Shown piece by piece: positions 57,929 through 64,000 of a stretch of DNA of 64,000 nucleotides (position 1 is its first letter; the number at the start of each line of letters is the position of its first letter). The notes under the pieces were generated by a model, which was not told the DNA's origin, did no database searches, and was given only the letters and a program-made list of their open reading frames with translations. A program made the translations under genes and the position numbers. Source of the stretch: an uncultured Gammaproteobacteria bacterium (lineage in GTDB: Bacteria; Patescibacteriota; Microgenomatia; Levybacterales; GWA1-39-11). Location of the stretch: positions 23,230-87,229 of the forward strand of contig CAZAJO010000002.1 of NCBI GenBank assembly GCA_964485575.1, in the 5' to 3' direction.

Positions 57929-59461
57929 TTAATCCAAAGCGCTAATTTGTCCTTTTGAAAAATTTAATACTTCCTTCTCATGTACGTGCAATTCGTAAAC
58001 CTGCTGATTTCCACGAAGGAAAAGTTCTTTAGCATCAAGCTTTCCAAAAACTAATTTCTTGTTATTATTGTAAAAAAGAACATGTCTAACCCCTCTCGGG
58101 ATAACAAACTTATGAACCTCATTTATTGTTTTTACATAGTGCCAATTTTGAGAGGAGTGCACAATATTTGCATGAGGCTTATCGTTGGTATCAATCGCTC
58201 CAAAAGAATAGACTTTAAAACTTTTTAATTGATATGAAACTGCTCGAAAAATCTCCGGGTCTACAATGATGATTGTTTCATCAGGTTTATACTTTTTGTA
58301 AACGAATTCTTGAAGAGAGGACATGCGCATATTATTTTTTACAATCTCAGAATAATGGAATGATTGCGAAACGTATGGCATAACATTTTGTGGGTCACGG
58401 TCACGAAAAAAAGTAATTAAGTTTGCAACAACTATAATCAAAACTAGAAATAACGCTTTCTTGCGAAAGATGCTCCTTAGCAAATAGCTGCATAGAAGAA
58501 TGCTTGCAGAGAGGTAAGCCATCTGATGTGCAGCATGATCGCTTCTAACAAAAACGTTGAACAACAACGAAGGGGTAATCCAAAAAATAAAAACCAGAAA
58601 ATATGGTTTCATGGTTGTGCCTAATAACTTTTTTGGGCTAGCTATCAACCCAAAATGTTTTACCAATGCGAGCATGAGTATGCTTGCAAATCCACAAGTA
58701 AGGTATAGTCCTTTAATAATGGTCGGAGCAATTTCAACTATCCTTTGTAACGAAACTTGGGCTACAGCATCATTCCTAGAAAAAAAGTAGACATAAGAAA
58801 AGTATTCACTTACCCCACCCACTGCAACAACAGTCGGAATAAGCCAACTAAATGAAAGAAAAATAAACCCGAATGTGCTTACCACCCTTTCTCTTGATTT
58901 AAGATAATACAACCCAAGTAGGTATAGGGGGGTCAGAAACATTGCATCCTGAGGTCTTATTCCAATAGCAAATGAGAAGACCAAGGCAAGTAAAAAGCCA
59001 TAATCTTTTTTTTCTTTTAGAATCCTAAATACAACAAGTGCAACGAGCGTTGCAGTGACAGGAAGGATTCCATATGGATTTGCAGTAATGCCAAAATAAA
59101 ATATCGTAGGCGCAGAAAGAAATATACTTGCAGCAATAAGACCGACAACTCTGTCAAACATTAATTTTCCTGCAATATAAAAAACTACTGCCCCTACTCC
59201 TGCAAAAAGAACGCTGACCAGTAAGATTGAGGTGTGGGGATCGGTTACGAAAAAGTTAAAGAATTTCCCTAACCCAATATACAAAGGATATCCTGGAGGG
59301 GATGGGGTTTTTTCTATGAAAGAATAATTTAAAATTGCTATCGTGTAGTCAGGACCATCCCAATGAGACTGAGCCTTCTCCAAAAATGGGATGCGCGAAA
59401 GAATACCTGTCAGAAATAGTAGCGCGTACAATAAATATGAATTCTTTTTTAGCCTTAGCAT
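57929..59461 (-). CDS. GT-C fold glycosyltransferase-like membrane protein (DUF2723/PMT-like)
   Basis: Multi-TM; HWDGPDY...PPGYPLY and GIRPQ. Confidence 0.68.
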   Translation of the reverse strand: MLRLKKNSYLLYALLFLTGILSRIPFLEKAQSHWDGPDYTIAILNYSFIEKTPSPPGYPLYIGLGKFFNFFVTDPHTSILLVSVLFAGVGAVVFYIAGKLMFDRVVGLIAASIFLSAPTIFYFGITANPYGILPVTATLVALVVFRILKEKKDYGFLLALVFSFAIGIRPQDAMFLTPLYLLGLYYLKSRERVVSTFGFIFLSFSWLIPTVVAVGGVSEYFSYVYFFSRNDAVAQVSLQRIVEIAPTIIKGLYLTCGFASILMLALVKHFGLIASPKKLLGTTMKPYFLVFIFWITPSLLFNVFVRSDHAAHQMAYLSASILLCSYLLRSIFRKKALFLVLIIVVANLITFFRDRDPQNVMPYVSQSFHYSEIVKNNMRMSSLQEFVYKKYKPDETIIIVDPEIFRAVSYQLKSFKVYSFGAIDTNDKPHANIVHSSQNWHYVKTINEVHKFVIPRGVRHVLFYNNNKKLVFGKLDAKELFLRGNQQVYELHVHEKEVLNFSKGQISALD

Positions 59462-59473
59462 CGGTTCATTATA

Positions 59474-60352
59474 TCATCGGGATATAAATTCCTTTTTGAA
59501 TTTCTTAAGATTGTCAATATTTGTGTGCAATACTTCTTTTCCAAAAAATCTCTGCGCTTTTGATGTGTCAAGCCAAGTGTATTGTCCTCTTTTTGCCTGA
59601 GTTTTCTTAAAGAAATCTTTAAAAATGACAGGCTTTACCAAATTCTTATCAATCGAAAAAACATTGGCCAAATCTACCATGAATTCGTAGTTTGAAATGA
59701 CATCACGGGAACCGATATGATAAATTCCTGTGGCTTTTTTATTAATTGCACTTTTTACACTAGCGACAGCATCATCCGAATAAGTAGGGTTAAAGTATAA
59801 ATCCGTAATTCCCTCGTGAGCTTCTTTCATTAAAAGCTTTGCAAGTGCCCTTCTTGCAAAATCGACCTTCTTTTCATAATGAGCTGAGTAAACCGATATC
59901 AATCTCAAGATAAGATTCCTGTTGCTTCCCTTAAGTACCTCCTCTTCACCATACACTTTTGTCAGGCCATAATAGTTCACAGGATTTATCTGGTCTTCCT
60001 CAAGATAGGGTCTTTCAGACATATTTCCATCAAAAACCGCGTCTGTTGAAAAATATATAAGAGGTGTTGAATTCTTGCTTGCAATTTGAGCAATTAATTT
60101 TGGTACAGAAGCGTTAAGACGAAGGGCTAACTCTTTTTCATCCTCTGCTTGGTCTTGTTTTGTAATTCCAGCGGCATATATGATGTAGTCCGCTCTATTC
60201 TTAGCAAGAAAATTTTCAATTTCAAAATCTTTAGTAAGATCTACGTCACGCCTTAAGGGCATTACTATCTCAAACGTTTCTGAAAGCAACTCAACAATCC
60301 TTGATCCTACCATACCAGATGAGCCAAAGAGAATTATTTTTGTTGATTTCAT
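59474..60352 (-). CDS. dTDP-4-dehydrorhamnose reductase family (RmlD-like)
   Basis: GSSGMVG, STDAVFDG, P.NYYGLTK and FNPTY. Confidence 0.82.
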   Translation of the reverse strand: MKSTKIILFGSSGMVGSRIVELLSETFEIVMPLRRDVDLTKDFEIENFLAKNRADYIIYAAGITKQDQAEDEKELALRLNASVPKLIAQIASKNSTPLIYFSTDAVFDGNMSERPYLEEDQINPVNYYGLTKVYGEEEVLKGSNRNLILRLISVYSAHYEKKVDFARRALAKLLMKEAHEGITDLYFNPTYSDDAVASVKSAINKKATGIYHIGSRDVISNYEFMVDLANVFSIDKNLVKPVIFKDFFKKTQAKRGQYTWLDTSKAQRFFGKEVLHTNIDNLKKFKKEFISR

Positions 60353-60400
60353 AAAGTAAATTTACTTAAGCCCGTCAATTATATATAATGTCTCTACAAA

Positions 60401-61357
60401 ATGAAAAGGTATTTAGTGACCGGTGGCACAGGATTTATAGGGTCTGCAATCGTCAATAGACTTACAGACGAAGGCAATTTTGTAAGGGTATTTGACAATG
60501 GTTTTAGAGGATCAGGTTCAACACTTGTTGAAAATAAAAATTTAGAATTAGTTAAAGGAGATATCCGCAATCAAAAAGAAGTATCTAGTGCCTGCAAAAA
60601 TATTGATGCAATAATACACCTTGCCTATATCAATGGGACCAAATACTTTTATGAATACCCCGAGTTGGTTCTTGAAGTGGGAGTTAAAGGAATGCTGAAT
60701 GTTTTGGATGGAGCAAAGGAAAATAAAGTCAGTGAGTTATTTCTTGCCTCTAGTTCAGAAGTTTATCAATTACCCCCAATCATTCCAACCCCCGAGAACG
60801 TCCCCTTCTCAATACCTGATGCTTATAATCCAAGGTATTCTTATGCAGCTGGGAAAATCATAAGTGAACTTCTTAGCTTATATATAGGAAGAAAGATATT
60901 TAAGAAAGTTGTTATCTTCAGACCTCATAATGTGTATGGCCCAGACATGGGACATGAACATGTAATTCCGGAACTAATCACAAAAATCATAAAACTGAAT
61001 AAATCCGGAAAGGTTGATCTTCCTATACAAGGTGACGGTAAAAACACGAGAGCTTTTATTTACATTGATGATTTTGTAGATGCAGTTATGCTCTTATTGT
61101 CTAAGGGAGTGAATAATGAGACATACAATATCGGCACCGAGGAAGAAATAAACATCCTGGAATTGATCTCCTATCTGTCAAAAGTGGCTGGTGTTGATAT
61201 TAAAGTCTCAAAAACAGTACTACCAAAAGGAAGTGTTATGAGAAGATGCCCCGATACTACAAAGATCAAAAAACTTGGTTTTAGCGCAAAAACAAGTCTA
61301 AAAAAGGGTTTGCAAAAAACTTATTTATGTTACAATAAGGACCTAAACGATGAATAA
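60401..61357 (+). CDS. NAD-dependent epimerase/dehydratase (UDP-glucuronate decarboxylase-like)
   Basis: TGGTGFIG, ASSSEVY, YAAGK, RPHNVYGP and RRCPD. Confidence 0.85.
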   Translation: MKRYLVTGGTGFIGSAIVNRLTDEGNFVRVFDNGFRGSGSTLVENKNLELVKGDIRNQKEVSSACKNIDAIIHLAYINGTKYFYEYPELVLEVGVKGMLNVLDGAKENKVSELFLASSSEVYQLPPIIPTPENVPFSIPDAYNPRYSYAAGKIISELLSLYIGRKIFKKVVIFRPHNVYGPDMGHEHVIPELITKIIKLNKSGKVDLPIQGDGKNTRAFIYIDDFVDAVMLLLSKGVNNETYNIGTEEEINILELISYLSKVAGVDIKVSKTVLPKGSVMRRCPDTTKIKKLGFSAKTSLKKGLQKTYLCYNKDLNDE

Positions 61358-62618
61358 AGTTAAACCAAAATTGGCGATAAACAGCGGAAAAAGTGTTGTC
61401 GTTGACAGATGCCAAAGTTGCGGTTATCAAAAACTTCATTCCATCATATTCCTTGGATATCTCCCTCCAGTTAACAATCTGATCAAAGTCGGAACAATTC
61501 CCCAAGAACAACCTAGCTATCCTGCTCAAATGCTTTACTGTAAGAAATGCCACCTCGTACAGCTTGGTCTTATCGTCGACCCAAATATTCTTTTTCCTCC
61601 CGAGTATCCCTATACAAGTAGCACCACAAAAGTGTTGAGGGATAACTTCAAACAGCTAGCCGAAGAAACAAATCAACTGATACCACTAAAAGGGGATGAT
61701 CTTGTCATAGATATCGGATCTAACGATGGTAATCTCCTCAACAATTTTAAAGAAAAGAATAAGGTTCTCGGAATAACCCCTGAAGAGATAGGTAAAATAG
61801 CTATACAAAACGGTATCCCTACCATTATCGACTACTTTACCGATAAAGTTGCTGACAAAGTCATCAAAAAATATGGAAAGGCAAAAATTATCACAGCAAC
61901 AAATGTTTTCGCCCACATTGAAGACGTGAACGAGATTATAAAAAATATCAAAAAGATTCTGGCAACTGATGGGGTATTTATTTCAGAATCTCACTATCTC
62001 CTGTCACTTATAAAAACAGTCCAATATGACACGATCTACCATGAACACCTCAGATACTACTCCCTGCACAGTCTTAAATATCTGTTGGCGATGCATGGAC
62101 TTGAAGTTTTCTATGCAAGAGAGATTCCACCACACGGTGGATCTATACGGGTCTACGCCGCAAGGGCAGGAAAGTACAAGATCAATAAGAACGTCCGTGA
62201 GATGCTGAATGTTGAAAAAAAGGTTGTCACAAGCGTCAAACAGTTTGAAGATTTCAAAGATAAGGTTGTGATGTCAAAGTTAAACCTTTATAACTTACTT
62301 AATAAAATAAAGGAGAAAGGTGGAACAATATATGGTATCGGCGCTCCTGCACGAGGGTCGACTCTTATAAGTTATGTCGGTCTGGATTCTGACATCATGC
62401 CTTGTGTTTTGGAAACAAAGGGATCTCAAAAGGTAGGTAAATACATGCCCGGAACTCTAATCCCTGTTTTTGATGAGCAAAAATTAATTTCTGATCAGCC
62501 TGAGTATGCGTTACTCTTATCTTGGCACATCACTCGGGAACTTATTCCAAAGTTAAAAGAAAAAGGATTTAAGGGAAGCTTTATTGTGCCTCTTCCAACC
62601 CCACGAATAGTTAGATGA
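61350..62618 (+). CDS. NDP-sugar C-methyltransferase (zinc-binding, SAM and C-terminal domains)
   Basis: CQSC...CKKCHLVQL, YPYTSS, DIGSNDG, NVFAH, YDTIYHEH, HGGSIR and YGIGAPARG. Confidence 0.85.
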   Translation: MNKVKPKLAINSGKSVVVDRCQSCGYQKLHSIIFLGYLPPVNNLIKVGTIPQEQPSYPAQMLYCKKCHLVQLGLIVDPNILFPPEYPYTSSTTKVLRDNFKQLAEETNQLIPLKGDDLVIDIGSNDGNLLNNFKEKNKVLGITPEEIGKIAIQNGIPTIIDYFTDKVADKVIKKYGKAKIITATNVFAHIEDVNEIIKNIKKILATDGVFISESHYLLSLIKTVQYDTIYHEHLRYYSLHSLKYLLAMHGLEVFYAREIPPHGGSIRVYAARAGKYKINKNVREMLNVEKKVVTSVKQFEDFKDKVVMSKLNLYNLLNKIKEKGGTIYGIGAPARGSTLISYVGLDSDIMPCVLETKGSQKVGKYMPGTLIPVFDEQKLISDQPEYALLLSWHITRELIPKLKEKGFKGSFIVPLPTPRIVR

Positions 62619-63352
62619 AACCACATTTGTTGTCTATTGTAATTCCTGTCTATAACGAGGCTGAGAATATAACGTTGACTCTTCGGAGTATTAAAAAGAA
62701 CATAAAGACCAAGCATGAAATAATTGTTGTGTACGACTCCAATAAAGACACAACGGTTCCAGTCCTCAGAAAGTTCAAAAAGAAGCAAAAAAATCTTTAT
62801 CCAACAATAAATACAATTGAGAAAGGCCCGTCTGGGGCCATAAGGACTGGCATACTTGCAGCAAAAACTCCCCTTATTCTTGTATCCATGGCTGACCTTT
62901 GTGATGATCTTACTCAAGTCGATAAAATGGTAAAACTACTTGGAAGAAAAGAGGGCATTGTGTGCCCTTCAAGATACACGAAAGGTGGACGGCAAGAACT
63001 AGATGCCCCCTTTAAAGTAGGGCTTCCCAAAGCAGCAGGTTTTTTACTTAAATTTTTTACAGGAATTCCAACCAGCGACCCAACCAACAGCTACAAACTC
63101 TATTCAAAGAAAATGCTGGATAGGTTGAATCTCAAAAGTACAATCAGCTTTAGTGTAACTCTTGAGATAGTAGTTAAGGCACATCTATTGAAAGCAAAGA
63201 TCATAGAAATACCAACGGTTTGGAAAGACAGGCAACATGGAAAAACTAATTTTCAACTGAGAAGATCAATCGTTGCTTATACACCGTGGTTTTTACTAGC
63301 ACTTTTGAGAAATAGGCTCTTTACTCTTCCGGTACCCAAAGGTTCACTTTAA
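62615..63352 (+). CDS. GT2 glycosyltransferase (DPM-like)
   Basis: IVIPVYNEAENI, MADLCDD, PSRY and DPTNSYKLY. Confidence 0.83.
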   Translation: MKPHLLSIVIPVYNEAENITLTLRSIKKNIKTKHEIIVVYDSNKDTTVPVLRKFKKKQKNLYPTINTIEKGPSGAIRTGILAAKTPLILVSMADLCDDLTQVDKMVKLLGRKEGIVCPSRYTKGGRQELDAPFKVGLPKAAGFLLKFFTGIPTSDPTNSYKLYSKKMLDRLNLKSTISFSVTLEIVVKAHLLKAKIIEIPTVWKDRQHGKTNFQLRRSIVAYTPWFLLALLRNRLFTLPVPKGSL

Positions 63353-64000
63353 TTTGTATATCTCTACGTTTTCCCTTTCCTCAAGAAACACATAATTCGT
63401 CTTTATGAAATCATAGACTTCAGGCAACCGCACCTTATTTGAAATTCCATCCACTGGCCAAGCATCCTTATCAATAAAAATATATTTTGGCTTATTTGTA
63501 GTGAGGTCTCGCACCATATCCATTCTTTTCTCCATCCGGTTTCCTATAAAGGGCAGGTCAAACTTTGTTGGATTGACTCTATCAACCAACATGTATATTG
63601 ACGGTGTATCATTGAAAAGAAAAATGTAGTCATTAACGGATGTATTTTTTGAAATGAATTTTTGGTACAAGATAATTTTTTTTGTTTGCTGTTTTGAGAT
63701 ATTGAGAAAGCCTACTTTATCAAGGTTCACAAAATGTGCGGAGAAATATGTCTTAGGATATAAGGTACTTAGTATCATTGGGTTATTAAAATATAAGATT
63801 CTTACCAGATACAACAAAAGAAGAAAGATGAATATATAAAATATTCTTGCCTTTTCTTTCACCTCAAATAATTCATTGAGAAAATACCCACTGACTATCA
63901 GATTTGCAGGTAGTGTATAGAAATAATGCCCAGACCCATGCCGGGTAAGCAAAATCGTATAGACAAGTAGTCCAAAAAAAGATATGAGCGCAAATGCATG
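63344..64000 (-). CDS. membrane protein, probably GT-C-type (5' end beyond the window)
   Basis: Frame stays open to the window edge; hydrophobic helices followed by a soluble tail (PKYIF...YV...EIYK). Confidence 0.55.
   Translation of the reverse strand, partial: HAFALISFFGLLVYTILLTRHGSGHYFYTLPANLIVSGYFLNELFEVKEKARIFYIFIFLLLLYLVRILYFNNPMILSTLYPKTYFSAHFVNLDKVGFLNISKQQTKKIILYQKFISKNTSVNDYIFLFNDTPSIYMLVDRVNPTKFDLPFIGNRMEKRMDMVRDLTTNKPKYIFIDKDAWPVDGISNKVRLPEVYDFIKTNYVFLEERENVEIYKLK

Overview
Low-GC, gene-dense bacterial chromosome segment using genetic code 11. Gene content and style (PolX, MurT/GatD, short ATP synthase delta, many orphan ORFs, mostly leaderless sigma70-type promoters) suggest Patescibacteria/CPR, Microgenomates-like; this is inference, since no rRNA is present. 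From left to right it holds: a sugar-phosphate cluster (PGI/PMI, cupin, IMPase, PGM), holA-like, a GH-A hydrolase, dus, tRNA-Lys and tRNA-Glu, an accessory patch, greA, typA, a 7TM + ATP-grasp/peptidase module, rplS, pyrG, tRNA-Gly and tRNA-Asp, LysM, polX-lemA-htpX-murT-gatD, two Cys-motif orphan paralogs, an asparaginase domain, a YerC/TrpR-like gene, gatCAB-GGDEF-dnaE, a complete F1Fo atp operon and a ~20 kb surface-glycosylation locus. The most striking unexplained signal: three of the four tRNA genes (Lys, Gly, Asp) are preceded, inside their predicted transcripts, by a copy of their own 5' end plus an antisense copy. This sense-antisense-tRNA layout could act as a folding switch on tRNA maturation, or be the footprint of a tRNA-5'-targeted duplication mechanism. 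Other notable signals: a TrpR-like gene bracketed by two copies of a palindromic operator/promoter, a CDS starting 1 nt after a tRNA 3' end, and 7/8-mer repeats or palindromes sitting in frame in housekeeping genes. No CRISPR array, rRNA, integrase or transposase was seen.
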